Positions 10,505-22,761 of a stretch of DNA of 32,000 bases are shown in pieces. Position 1 is the first letter of the stretch. Each line of letters starts with the position of its first letter. Made by a program: the position numbers and the translations under genes. Origin of the DNA: Mycobacterium tuberculosis H37Rv (GTDB taxonomy: Bacteria > Actinomycetota > Actinomycetes > Mycobacteriales > Mycobacteriaceae); assembly GCF_000195955.2 (NCBI RefSeq), contig NC_000962.3:960001-992000 (forward strand), written 5' to 3'. The notes under the pieces are model-generated. The model was not told where the DNA came from. It did no database searches and worked only from the letters and a program-made list of their open reading frames with translations.

Positions 10505-12457
10505 ATGGCACAGCAAACTCAGGTCACCGAGGAGCAAGCGCGGGCCCTTGCCGAGGAATCTCGCGAAAGTGGTTGGGATAAACCGTCCTTCGCCAAAGAA
10601 CTCTTTCTGGGCCGCTTTCCCTTAGGGCTCATACACCCATTTCCCAAGCCGTCGGACGCCGAGGAGGCCCGAACCGAGGCGTTTCTGGTCAAACTGCGGG
10701 AATTCCTCGACACCGTGGACGGCAGCGTCATCGAGCGTGCTGCCCAGATCCCCGACGAGTACGTGAAAGGCCTGGCCGAGCTGGGCTGTTTCGGCTTGAA
10801 GATTCCGTCCGAGTACGGCGGGTTGAACATGTCGCAAGTCGCCTACAACCGCGTGCTGATGATGGTCACGACGGTTCATTCCAGTCTTGGCGCGTTGTTG
10901 TCGGCGCATCAGTCGATCGGGGTACCTGAACCGCTCAAGCTTGCCGGGACTGCGGAACAGAAGCGGCGGTTCCTACCGCGGTGTGCGGCCGGCGCGATAT
11001 CGGCCTTTTTACTAACCGAACCCGATGTGGGCTCCGATCCGGCGCGCATGGCATCGACGGCGACGCCGATCGATGACGGCCAGGCTTACGAGCTTGAGGG
11101 TGTGAAGTTGTGGACCACCAACGGTGTGGTAGCGGACCTGCTAGTGGTTATGGCGCGGGTACCGCGCAGTGAAGGGCACCGAGGGGGAATCAGCGCCTTT
11201 GTCGTCGAGGCTGATTCGCCCGGGATCACCGTGGAGCGGCGCAACAAGTTCATGGGACTGCGTGGCATCGAAAACGGCGTGACCCGGCTTCATCGCGTCA
11301 GGGTGCCCAAAGACAACTTGATCGGCAGGGAAGGCGACGGTCTGAAGATCGCGCTGACCACACTCAACGCCGGACGGCTGTCCCTACCGGCGATCGCAAC
11401 CGGAGTTGCGAAACAGGCGCTGAAGATAGCGCGGGAATGGTCCGTCGAGCGAGTGCAATGGGGCAAGCCGGTTGGCCAACATGAAGCGGTAGCCAGCAAG
11501 ATCTCGTTCATTGCCGCCACCAATTACGCGCTCGATGCGGTGGTCGAGCTGTCCAGTCAGATGGCCGACGAAGGCCGCAACGACATCCGGATCGAGGCTG
11601 CGCTGGCTAAATTGTGGTCCAGTGAGATGGCCTGCCTGGTTGGCGATGAGTTGCTACAGATCCGCGGTGGCCGCGGATACGAGACCGCCGAATCCCTCGC
11701 CGCGCGCGGTGAGCGGGCGGTACCAGTGGAGCAGATGGTGCGGGACCTGCGGATCAACCGGATCTTCGAAGGGTCCAGTGAGATCATGCGGCTGCTCATC
11801 GCGCGTGAAGCGGTCGACGCGCACCTCACTGCCGCGGGTGATCTGGCGAACCCTAAGGCCGATCTGCGGCAGAAGGCCGCGGCGGCGGCCGGCGCCAGCG
11901 GGTTCTACGCGAAGTGGTTGCCGAAGCTGGTTTTCGGCGAAGGCCAACTACCCACGACGTACCGCGAGTTCGGCGCCCTGGCGACACATCTGCGTTTTGT
12001 CGAACGCTCGTCACGCAAATTGGCCCGCAACACCTTCTACGGGATGGCGCGCTGGCAGGCCAGCCTGGAGAAAAAGCAAGGGTTCCTCGGCCGCATCGTG
12101 GATATCGGCGCCGAGCTATTCGCCATCTCCGCGGCGTGTGTGCGCGCCGAGGCGCAGCGAACGGCCGATCCGGTCGAGGGTGAGCAGGCATACGAACTGG
12201 CCGAGGCGTTCTGCCAGCAGGCCACGTTGCGGGTGGAGGCGCTGTTCGACGCGTTGTGGTCCAACACCGACAGCATCGACGTTCGGCTGGCAAACGATGT
12301 GCTGGAGGGCCGCTACACCTGGCTGGAGCAAGGGATACTCGATCAGTCCGAAGGCACCGGACCGTGGATCGCGTCCTGGGAACCGGGTCCATCCACCGAG
12401 GCCAATCTGGCTCGGCGGTTCTTGACGGTGTCGCCATCGAGCGAAGCGAAACTTTAG
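10505..12457 (+). CDS. fadE10: Long-form acyl-CoA dehydrogenase
   Basis: 650-aa ORF with ACAD motifs (LLTEPDVGSDPA, RGIENGVTR, RIFEGSSEIMRL). GAGGAGG Shine-Dalgarno at 10491-10497. Confidence 0.93.
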   Translation: MAQQTQVTEEQARALAEESRESGWDKPSFAKELFLGRFPLGLIHPFPKPSDAEEARTEAFLVKLREFLDTVDGSVIERAAQIPDEYVKGLAELGCFGLKIPSEYGGLNMSQVAYNRVLMMVTTVHSSLGALLSAHQSIGVPEPLKLAGTAEQKRRFLPRCAAGAISAFLLTEPDVGSDPARMASTATPIDDGQAYELEGVKLWTTNGVVADLLVVMARVPRSEGHRGGISAFVVEADSPGITVERRNKFMGLRGIENGVTRLHRVRVPKDNLIGREGDGLKIALTTLNAGRLSLPAIATGVAKQALKIAREWSVERVQWGKPVGQHEAVASKISFIAATNYALDAVVELSSQMADEGRNDIRIEAALAKLWSSEMACLVGDELLQIRGGRGYETAESLAARGERAVPVEQMVRDLRINRIFEGSSEIMRLLIAREAVDAHLTAAGDLANPKADLRQKAAAAAGASGFYAKWLPKLVFGEGQLPTTYREFGALATHLRFVERSSRKLARNTFYGMARWQASLEKKQGFLGRIVDIGAELFAISAACVRAEAQRTADPVEGEQAYELAEAFCQQATLRVEALFDALWSNTDSIDVRLANDVLEGRYTWLEQGILDQSEGTGPWIASWEPGPSTEANLARRFLTVSPSSEAKL

Positions 12458-12545
12458 GGCGCCCGCGTGGCCGGTCACGTCCGCGGGGGACCGCCCGAGT
12501 CTCGTCGGGTACCACGCTGGCGCGTATCGCGTCTGGGTGCAGGTT

Positions 12546-13706
12546 CTATTCCATGTCGTCGACAAACAGCGCCATCGATGCGGTGAATCCGTGCAGGGCA
12601 TTGCGGCCCGCGATCGGGCCGATCTCTCCGGCGGCGAAGAAGCCGGCAAGCGGAATTCCGCCTAGGAGTTCCTCGATCGTCGACGCGTCGTGGTCGGCGA
12701 CCCCGAACATCCGCCGCCCCCGCCCGTTGCAGGTGAACAACAGCGCTCCAGCCGCGCGTCCGGGCAGCCGCGCCGCGGCCCGCTCCACGGTCAGGCGTAG
12801 GTCCTTGTCGGCCCCGGCCGCGTCACGGACCTGGAACTGCATGGTGGCGCCGACCTGGACAACCTCGTCGATCTCGATCGACCCGGTCGACGGGTCGGCG
12901 CCGAGCAGCCCGCGGATCACGAAATCGCCCTGACCCGGAGCCGCCAGGTGCTCGTCGACGACGATCCCGATCTGTAGGCCGTGGCTGACGAGTGCCCTTT
13001 CGTCGGGCGACAGCCCCTCGACGATCTCACGCAGTCGCTGCAACGGCGGACGGCCGCCGAGCTCGGTGATCAGTATGCCGTCCGCGCCGGTGACGATGTA
13101 TGGGTAGCCGATCGGCCGGCAACCCTGCGACACGACCGGGACACCGCGCATCCCGGGCAGGCGCACGCCGACGACGCCGGAGGTGAGCACGTCGTGATCG
13201 CGGAACAGCCGGGTGTCGCCCCGCCGGCGCCCGCCGCTCACCACGCCGCCCACGACGGCGGTGCCCGGCAGGTCGGTGTTGGGGTGCTCGATGAGCAGGT
13301 TCGACGGGAATGTGTACGGGTCCGGCAGCAGCAGATGCAGATCCCGGGCGGTGCGGTCGAACCGATAACCGGTGATCAGGGCACCCGAGCCGGTACGGAC
13401 AAAGTCCAGCTGGAATGTCTCGGCGGCCAAGCCGGACGCCAGCCACACCACCACCGCGGGCTCGTCCTCGATCTCGTGGCGGCCGGCGACGATGGCCTGG
13501 GCGATGCAACCGACAAGCGCGGGCGGATCGATCATCTGCAGCACCGCGCTCAGGACGTCGGCAGCCCGGTCGGTGTGTGCACGCGATCCAAGCAACACCG
13601 CCAGCGACGGCGCCTCACCCGCCAGCTCGTCGCGCGCCTGGCCCGCAGCCTCCACCGCGGCCTGCCGCGCGTCGGGCGTGGTGCAAACCCCGACTCCGAT
13701 CCGCAC
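12546..13706 (-). CDS. FIST-domain (putative ligand-sensing) protein, Rv0874c-like
   Basis: 386-aa ORF. The overall pattern (N-terminal ..LAVLLGS.., C-terminal ..[20 protein letters not shown]) is recognised as FIST_N/FIST_C. Family assignment is from memory. Confidence 0.8.
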
Positions 13707-13761
13707 AGTTCCATGATGCGCCGATGTGCCCCGGGTGTCGGCGGCTCTTCGGACCGTTGGC

Positions 13762-13787
13762 GCCGACCGCGCTTAAGCGCGGTCGGC
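13762..13787 (-). terminator. Perfect 26-nt palindrome / 11-bp GC hairpin downstream of the exported-protein/MFS operon
   Basis: GCCGACCGCGC-TTAA-GCGCGGTCGGC read directly. It lies 18 nt after the stop at 13806 and has no U-tract (I-shaped type, common in mycobacteria). Confidence 0.5.
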
Positions 13788-13805
13788 CGTCGAGCCGCGG
13801 CCTCG

Positions 13806-14294
13806 TCAAAAGATAAGGCGCACCGACCATTCCGCGTGCGGAACGTCGCGTAGTTCACCCGAGTGGTCGACCACCAACGTCAGCAACTGCACGACAATCC
13901 CGGTCAGCCGCCCGCGCTGCGGGTCGACAGTGGGGATGGTGACCGCCAACCGGGTGTCCGGCCGAAACAAGGTGCTGGTGGTGTTGGCGGGGTCCTGGTA
14001 TACCTGCAGCAAACGCCACGGCGCCCGGGAAATGACTTCGGGTACCGAGAGCTGCACGGGATAGCGTTCGCTTACCGGCAATTCGCCCTGCGCCTGCGGG
14101 GTCTGACAGTCGTCGAGGTCGACCACGTTGCAGTACAAATAGGGCCCCACGCGGGTCAGGTGCCCGTGCGAGTAAGCGCTGATCTCGGGTTGCTGCGGAC
14201 CGTGTCCGCGTACTAGCAGCCATGCACCGGCCCCGGCCGCCACCGAGAGCAGAATCACCAGGATCACCGGCAGCGTTGCGACACCGCGCTTCAC
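13806..14294 (-). CDS. Conserved exported/membrane-anchored protein (Rv0875c-like)
   Basis: 162-aa ORF with an N-terminal hydrophobic signal/anchor (KRGVATLPVILVILLSVAAGAGAWLLV). Its GTG start overlaps the stop of the upstream gene (GTGA, 14291-14294). Confidence 0.8.
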   Translation of the reverse strand: MKRGVATLPVILVILLSVAAGAGAWLLVRGHGPQQPEISAYSHGHLTRVGPYLYCNVVDLDDCQTPQAQGELPVSERYPVQLSVPEVISRAPWRLLQVYQDPANTTSTLFRPDTRLAVTIPTVDPQRGRLTGIVVQLLTLVVDHSGELRDVPHAEWSVRLIF

Positions 14295-15937
14295 TGCGGC
14301 GCCACCGCCGCACCACGACGGGTGGTTTCTTGCTCGGCCATCACGGGCCGATTACCGCCCAGGCCAGGGATCAGCGAATCGCCGCGGAAGCTGACGATGG
14401 TCTGAGCCAGACCCAGGATCAGCAGCGCGCTCACCGCAGTGAAGCCCACCCACAGCTCGGTGTACACCAACACGCCCACCGCGCCGCCCAGCACCCAGGC
14501 CAGCTGAAGAGTCGACTCGGAACGCCCAAACCCCGATGCCCGCGACTCCTCGGGCAGGTCGTGCTGCAACGAGGCGTCCAGCGAGGCTTTAGCAATGGCA
14601 CTGGACCCTGCCGTGATCAGGGTGGCAATCGCTGTCGCTGCCAGGCTGCCGGCCACCGCGGCCGCGATGGCTAACACGGTAACTAGCACGGTGCAGCGCA
14701 CCACCAGCACAGCTGGCCTGCCTAGCTGCAGGCGTGCGCTGGTGAAATTGCCGGCGAAGTTGCCGACCGCGGCCGCCGCGCCGATCAGGCCCAGCATGCC
14801 CAATTGCACCCACCCGTTGGCTTCGTGCGCCTTGGCGACAAACGCCGGATACAAGAACAGAAAGCCGACCATCACCTTGATGGTGCAGTTACCCCACAGG
14901 GAGGTAATGATGTTGCGGCCCAACGGTTGTCGGAGTGTTCCGCCGAGGTTCTTGACTTCCTCCGGCCAGCGTCGCCGTAGTCTGCCCCTATCCCGGTGGT
15001 AGCTCAATGTGGCCGGGACCTCACCGCTGGTCACCTCGACCCAGCGCGGAATGCGCATCGACAGCGAAGCGCCAGCGATGGTGATCGCGACGACGACGAA
15101 CAACGCGCCCGGCAGCTGGAACAGGTGGGTGCAGACGAATTCGACTCCGGCCGCAATCGCGCCACCAGCGATGGTGCCGCCGAGCAGGCCGAACACGGTC
15201 AGCCGTGAGTTGACCCGGACCAAGTCGATGGTTGGCGGCATCACCCTCGGTGTCACTGCGCTGCGCAGCACGCTGAACGACTTCGAGAACACCATCATGG
15301 CCAGCGCACAGGGATAGAGCACCCATGACGGGAAGCTGCCGGTGGCGCCGTCGTAGTTCATGATCAGCACCACCGCCAACGCGGTCCGAAGTCCGAATGA
15401 CAGCGCCAAGGCGACGCGACGGCCATGCTGCAGCCGGTCGAGTGCCGGACCGATGAGTGGAGCGATCACGGCGAACGGCGCGATGGTGATCAACAGGTAC
15501 AAGGCGACCCTGGACTTGCTCTCCCCGCTGGCGGCCGCAAAGAATAGTGTGTTTGCCAGTGCTACCGCCATTGCCGAGTCGACCGCGAAGTTCGCCATTA
15601 CCGGCCAGGTCAATGCCGTCAGTCCAGACTTGTCGGCGCCGTCTGCGGTAGCGGCCCGGTGCACCAGCAAGTACATCCGAGAACCCATTTCGCGGCTGCG
15701 CATGGCCGCGGCGCGGGTGACGGTGATCCGCTCGCCCGCCCTTGTAGTCCGTGGCGGTACGCGGCTGCGTTCAGGTTCGGGCTGCTCGCCCAGCGGCGGG
15801 AGATAGCGGTTGGCACTGGGCATCGGCGGAGGTCGACGCGATCGGCGATAGTTGGCGTCGTCGGGAGGGTAGTTGGCCATGCCAGGGTGCCCGTTGACCG
15901 ATCCGTTTCGGGTCCGGCGGCCCGGGGTTGGGGCCAT
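14291..15937 (-). CDS. MFS-type integral membrane transporter (Rv0876c-like) with a Pro/Arg-rich cytoplasmic N-terminus
   Basis: The ORF has about 12 hydrophobic segments. I chose the ATG at 15937 (MAPTPGRR..); the longest ORF starts at GTG 15970. Confidence 0.85.
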   Translation of the reverse strand: MAPTPGRRTRNGSVNGHPGMANYPPDDANYRRSRRPPPMPSANRYLPPLGEQPEPERSRVPPRTTRAGERITVTRAAAMRSREMGSRMYLLVHRAATADGADKSGLTALTWPVMANFAVDSAMAVALANTLFFAAASGESKSRVALYLLITIAPFAVIAPLIGPALDRLQHGRRVALALSFGLRTALAVVLIMNYDGATGSFPSWVLYPCALAMMVFSKSFSVLRSAVTPRVMPPTIDLVRVNSRLTVFGLLGGTIAGGAIAAGVEFVCTHLFQLPGALFVVVAITIAGASLSMRIPRWVEVTSGEVPATLSYHRDRGRLRRRWPEEVKNLGGTLRQPLGRNIITSLWGNCTIKVMVGFLFLYPAFVAKAHEANGWVQLGMLGLIGAAAAVGNFAGNFTSARLQLGRPAVLVVRCTVLVTVLAIAAAVAGSLAATAIATLITAGSSAIAKASLDASLQHDLPEESRASGFGRSESTLQLAWVLGGAVGVLVYTELWVGFTAVSALLILGLAQTIVSFRGDSLIPGLGGNRPVMAEQETTRRGAAVAPQ

Positions 15938-16074
15938 CCGGCCCGGATGATCACCTCGCCGTCCGGACACAAATCAATTCTGTCCTATCCGGACTCCTGG
16001 CGTAGCCAACCGGGTGTGGCTTGCCGGCCGTGTCTTCCGGCAGTATTGGAAGCGCGTTACAGAGAGGGGACAGC

Positions 16075-16863
16075 GTGACCGGGCCCACCGAGGAGTCTGC
16101 CGTGGCGACTGTGGCCGACTGGCCCGAGGGGTTAGCGGCGGTGCTCAGGGGTGCGGCCGACCAAGCCAGGGCCGCCGTTGTGGAGTTCAGCGGCCCGGAG
16201 GCGGTGGGAGACTACCTGGGCGTCAGCTACGAGGATGGCAACGCCGCCACCCACCGGTTCATCGCGCATCTGCCTGGCTACCAGGGATGGCAATGGGCCG
16301 TCGTGGTGGCGAGCTATTCCGGTGCGGACCATGCCACGATCAGCGAGGTGGTGCTGGTCCCGGGGCCTACCGCACTGCTGGCGCCGGATTGGGTGCCGTG
16401 GGAGCAACGGGTGCGGCCGGGAGACTTGAGCCCCGGAGATCTGCTGGCGCCGGCGAAGGATGATCCGCGGCTGGTTCCGGGTTACACCGCCAGTGGTGAT
16501 GCGCAGGTTGACGAGACCGCCGCAGAGATCGGGTTGGGTCGGCGCTGGGTGATGAGCGCCTGGGGTCGCGCCCAGTCGGCCCAACGGTGGCACGACGGCG
16601 ACTATGGTCCCGGCTCTGCTATGGCGCGGTCGACGAAACGCGTCTGCCGCGACTGCGGTTTCTTCCTGCCGCTGGCCGGGTCGCTGGGCGCAATGTTCGG
16701 GGTATGTGGTAACGAACTGTCCGCTGACGGGCATGTTGTCGATAGGCAATACGGCTGTGGCGCCCATTCCGACACCACTGCGCCGGCCGGTGGCAGCACA
16801 CCCATTTATGAGCCGTACGACGACGGTGTGCTCGACATCATCGAGAAGCCGGCTGAATCATAG
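16075..16863 (+). CDS. Conserved hypothetical protein (DUF3027-like, Rv0877-like) with a Cys cluster
   Basis: GTG at 16075 is preceded by GAGAGGGGA. C-terminal motif CRDCGFF..x..VCGNE..x..YGCGAHS suggests metal binding. The longest ORF starts at 16021. Confidence 0.8.
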   Translation: MTGPTEESAVATVADWPEGLAAVLRGAADQARAAVVEFSGPEAVGDYLGVSYEDGNAATHRFIAHLPGYQGWQWAVVVASYSGADHATISEVVLVPGPTALLAPDWVPWEQRVRPGDLSPGDLLAPAKDDPRLVPGYTASGDAQVDETAAEIGLGRRWVMSAWGRAQSAQRWHDGDYGPGSAMARSTKRVCRDCGFFLPLAGSLGAMFGVCGNELSADGHVVDRQYGCGAHSDTTAPAGGSTPIYEPYDDGVLDIIEKPAES

Positions 16864-16871
16864 GTTTTCTC

Positions 16872-18236
<1,365 letters not shown>

Positions 18237-18480
18237 CTAGCCACCACGACGGCGGGACCCGGCTGCCGCGATCCGCGCCGGCGGGCCTCGGTCGACTACA
18301 GTGGCGCGATCGCTCGACAACTTGAGCACCTTGGCAAACGACGGTATGTCCAATCGCGGCACATTGTCGGGGTTTTCATCGAAATCCTGTCGCCAACCCC
18401 GACAGCCGGGTTCCGGGAAGCCGGGTGTCGCAGTGGTTTAGGTGTCGACGTTGAACACCCGGGCAGGCAACCGGCCGTGG

Positions 18481-18756
18481 CTATTTCGGGTCGAGATAGG
18501 TTTCGAGTCCGGCTTGTGCGCCGCGTGCGCCACGGCGGGCAGCGGCGAGCTGCCAGACGAAGATGGTCGTGCCGAGCAACCCTGTTGCCAGCCCGGCCAC
18601 TGTCACCGGACGCCAACTTGCGAGGCCAGGCACGACGAATGCGGCCACCGCGGCGACCAGCCAGGCGAGCGCGCCGACCGCGATCACCGGCCACACCTCG
18701 AGCAGCACGGGTGGTAGCGGTGGCGGCTCGCGAATCTGACTATTTTCGACGCTCAT
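18481..18756 (-). CDS. Small two-TM membrane protein (DUF2530-like, Rv0879c-like)
   Basis: 91-aa ORF with two hydrophobic helices. It is divergent from the MarR gene. Confidence 0.7.
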   Translation of the reverse strand: MSVENSQIREPPPLPPVLLEVWPVIAVGALAWLVAAVAAFVVPGLASWRPVTVAGLATGLLGTTIFVWQLAAARRGARGAQAGLETYLDPK

Positions 18757-18933
18757 CCCGAGTCAACATAGCGCGGCGATGATGCGTCGGCGAACGGCCC
18801 GGGGTGGGTGGCTTCCGCACCAGCGGGAGGTACCACCACCTGCTGGTGGGTCGTCGGCCGGCAATGGGTGGAACCGAAATCGTCGTTCGCCGTTTCAGAT
18901 GCCCTAGTCTGAACTTCCGTTGTAACCTCAGCT

Positions 18934-19365
18934 GTGCTTGACAGCGATGCGCGGCTGGCCAGCGACTTGTCATTGGCGGTCATGCGGCTCTCCCGCCAAC
19001 TGCGGTTTCGGAACCCGTCATCGCCGGTCTCGCTGTCCCAGCTCTCAGCGTTGACGACGCTGGCCAATGAGGGCGCGATGACCCCGGGTGCGTTGGCGAT
19101 TCGTGAACGGGTCCGGCCACCGTCGATGACCAGGGTGATCGCCTCATTGGCCGACATGGGTTTTGTAGACCGCGCCCCACACCCCATCGACGGTCGGCAG
19201 GTGCTGGTCTCGGTGTCGGAATCGGGCGCCGAATTGGTCAAGGCGGCACGGCGGGCCCGGCAGGAGTGGCTGGCTGAGCGGCTCGCGACGCTGAACCGCA
19301 GCGAGCGTGACATCCTGCGCAGCGCCGCCGATCTGATGCTGGCTCTGGTCGACGAAAGCCCGTGA
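18934..19365 (+). CDS. MarR-family transcriptional regulator (Rv0880-like)
   Basis: 143-aa ORF starting at GTG. The winged-HTH region is [60 protein letters not shown]. Confidence 0.9.
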
Positions 19366-20228
19366 CCGAAGGCCGTTGTGCCCAGCACCCCGACGGCCTC
19401 GATGTTCAGGACGTCTGCGATCCCGACGACCCACGGCTCGACGATTTCCGTGACCTGAACAGCATCGACCGTCGTCCCGATCTGCCGACCGGCAAGGCGT
19501 TGGTGATCGCCGAGGGTGTGCTGGTGGTGCAGCGCATGCTGGCCTCACGGTTCACGCCGCTGGCGCTGTTCGGCACCGACCGCCGGCTGGCCGAGCTCAA
19601 GGATGATCTGGCCGGTGTCGGCGCGCCGTACTATCGAGCGTCGGCTGATGTCATGGCACGGGTGATCGGCTTCCATCTCAATCGTGGGGTGTTGGCAGCC
19701 GCGGGCCGGGTGCCGGAGCCGAGCGTTGCTCAGGTGGTCGCCGGGGCGCGCACCGTCGCAGTGTTGGAAGGCGTTAACGACCATGAGAACCTGGGCTCGA
19801 TCTTCCGCAACGCGGCAGGGCTGAGCGTGGACGCGGTAGTGTTCGGCACCGGCTGCGCTGATCCGCTCTACCGTCGTGCGGTCCGGGTATCCATGGGACA
19901 CGCGTTATTGGTGCCATATGCACGCGCGGCCGACTGGCCCACCGAACTTATGACGTTGAAAGAGAGCGGCTTTCGACTGTTGGCGATGACCCCACACGGC
20001 AACGCGTGCAAACTACCGGAGGCCATCGCCGCGGTGTCGCACGAACGGATTGCGCTACTGGTGGGCGCGGAGGGCCCGGGCCTAACGGCGGCCGCACTGC
20101 GGATTAGCGATGTGCGGGTGCGCATTCCGATGTCCCGAGGGACCGACTCCCTCAACGTCGCGACGGCGGCCGCATTGGCTTTCTACGAGCGGACTAGGTC
20201 GGGCCATCACATTGGGCCCGGCACGTGA
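19362..20228 (+). CDS. SpoU/TrmH-family (SPOUT) RNA 2'-O-methyltransferase (Rv0881-like)
   Basis: 288-aa ORF with SPOUT C-terminal motifs [10 protein letters not shown] and [24 protein letters not shown] overlap with the MarR gene. Confidence 0.9.
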
Positions 20229-20509
20229 ACGATCAGCGCGACCAAGCCGTGCCCTGGGCAACGGGTTTGGCGGTCGCCGGCTTCGTCGCCGCAGTCATCG
20301 CGGTTGCGGTCGTGGTGCTGAGCCTCGGCCTGATCCGCGTGCATCCGCTGTTGGCCGTCGGTCTCAACATTGTGGCGGTCAGCGGGTTGGCCCCTACGCT
20401 GTGGGGCTGGCGCCGCACCCCAGTGCTGCGCTGGTTCGTGCTTGGCGCGGCAGTGGGCGTGGCGGGCGCGTGGTTGGCGCTGCTCGCCTTGACGTTGGGG
20501 GACGGCTAG
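20225..20509 (+). CDS. Small three-TM membrane protein (Rv0882-like)
   Basis: 94-aa hydrophobic ORF. Its GTG start overlaps the methyltransferase stop (GTGA, 20225-20228). Confidence 0.7.
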   Translation: MNDQRDQAVPWATGLAVAGFVAAVIAVAVVVLSLGLIRVHPLLAVGLNIVAVSGLAPTLWGWRRTPVLRWFVLGAAVGVAGAWLALLALTLGDG

Positions 20510-21267
20510 CGACGCCCGCCTGAGCGCACCCCGAGCAGCACATCTTCCCAGGCAGGTATGGCGGGTTTGCCTCGTCGGTTGCTGACCGGCTGTGCGGACG
20601 GCACCGTGAGCGTCGGCTGTGCGGGCTCGGGCTCATCGAAGTCGAGATGGGCGACCGGCGCCAACGGCCGTAGCGGGCGATTGAAGGTGGGGTTGATCAG
20701 CTCATGGGCCGTGTCGTCGATCGCGGTGGCGGTTCCGCCGTGGGCGCCGGGGGTGAAGCGGAAATGCGCCAGGTTGTCGGAGCGGCCAGCCTTCCAGGCA
20801 AGCTGCACCGTCCAGCGACTGTCCTCGTTGCGCCACGCGTCCCAGGTGAGGCTGTCGGGGTTAAGGCCGCGTGCCACCAGGGCCGCGGCGACGGTCTCCT
20901 GCATGGTCAGCACCGCCGGGCCGTCGGCCAGGACCGGGTGCGCCGCGGTTGCCAGCTCGGCCGCGCGCGAGCGTTCCAACAGTACCGGGTGGGCAAACCG
21001 GCGGATACGGGCGATGTCGGAGCCCGATGCCGCAGCGACCTGTTCGACAGACGCGCCGGCCCGAATTCGGGCCTGAATCTCCTTGGGGCTCAGCACGTTG
21101 GTGACCTCGATGTCCAGCTGGGCTTGCTCCGGCTGGACGGAGTCGTCCCGTAGCGCCGCCCGCAGTCGGTCGTCGACCGGCAGCTTGAACTGTTCGGACG
21201 GGATGGCACCCTGGCAGATGATGTTTTTGCCGTCGGCATCGAGCCCAACGACTTTGAGTTCCCGCAT
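20506..21267 (-). CDS. sepH: DUF3071 / SepH-like cell-division protein (Rv0883c-like)
   Basis: 253-aa ORF. The N-terminus is MRELKVVGLDADGKNIICQ. An HTH-like segment follows (SPKEIQARIRAGASVEQVAAASGSDIARIRRFAHPV), then a basic C-terminal tail. It sits next to serC, as I recall for the M. smegmatis SepH locus. Confidence 0.7.
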   Translation of the reverse strand: MRELKVVGLDADGKNIICQGAIPSEQFKLPVDDRLRAALRDDSVQPEQAQLDIEVTNVLSPKEIQARIRAGASVEQVAAASGSDIARIRRFAHPVLLERSRAAELATAAHPVLADGPAVLTMQETVAAALVARGLNPDSLTWDAWRNEDSRWTVQLAWKAGRSDNLAHFRFTPGAHGGTATAIDDTAHELINPTFNRPLRPLAPVAHLDFDEPEPAQPTLTVPSAQPVSNRRGKPAIPAWEDVLLGVRSGGRR

Positions 21268-21380
21268 GGCTTCTCCTCGCAGGCTCCGGGCAGGACAACG
21301 CCGGACCTGTTACGTGCGCACTCTAGTGCGGTAAACGCCGTTAGCCTCGTTGACACGCGGAGGTGTCTTGCCGGCATGGC

Positions 21381-21408
21381 GCTGGTGACCGGAATGCCCG
21401 GTCACAGC
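21381..21408 (-). terminator. Bulged 12-bp GC hairpin just downstream of serC
   Basis: gctggtgaccgg-aatgc-ccggtcacagc gives an 8-bp perfect core, a 1-nt bulge and 4 more bp. It lies 16 nt after the serC stop (21424-21426). No U-tract. Confidence 0.35.
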
Positions 21409-21423
21409 CGCACTAAGGCAGCG

Positions 21424-22668
<1,245 letters not shown>

Positions 22669-22761
22669 TCATAGTGTCGCCAAGGGTCTGGATAATTCCC
22701 GGTACCAGCGGTACCGTGTTCGATACCCGTGCGGACGCACACCTCGGTGGGGAGGCTTCGA

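Noticed and set aside
11511-12425. 304-aa alternative-frame ORF inside fadE10, and the similar Arg/Pro-rich shadow ORFs throughout (e.g. 22644..23444, 20558..21076, 508..1182)
   Set aside because: These are typical high-GC shadow frames. The composition is Arg/Pro/Ala-rich and no family motifs are present. In every case the overlapping frame carries clear family signatures.
12462-12487. Possible bidirectional terminator between the convergent fadE10 and FIST genes (CCCGCG...CGCGGG)
   Set aside because: The stem is only 6 bp, the loop is 14 nt, and there is no U-tract. It is not distinguishable from background GC-rich self-complementarity.
18836-18849. CCACC-TGCT-GGTGG inverted repeat as a MarR autoregulatory operator upstream of the MarR gene
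   Set aside because: The arms are only 5 bp and sit in a region of ACC/TGG repeats. There is no second copy and I recall no known motif to compare with.
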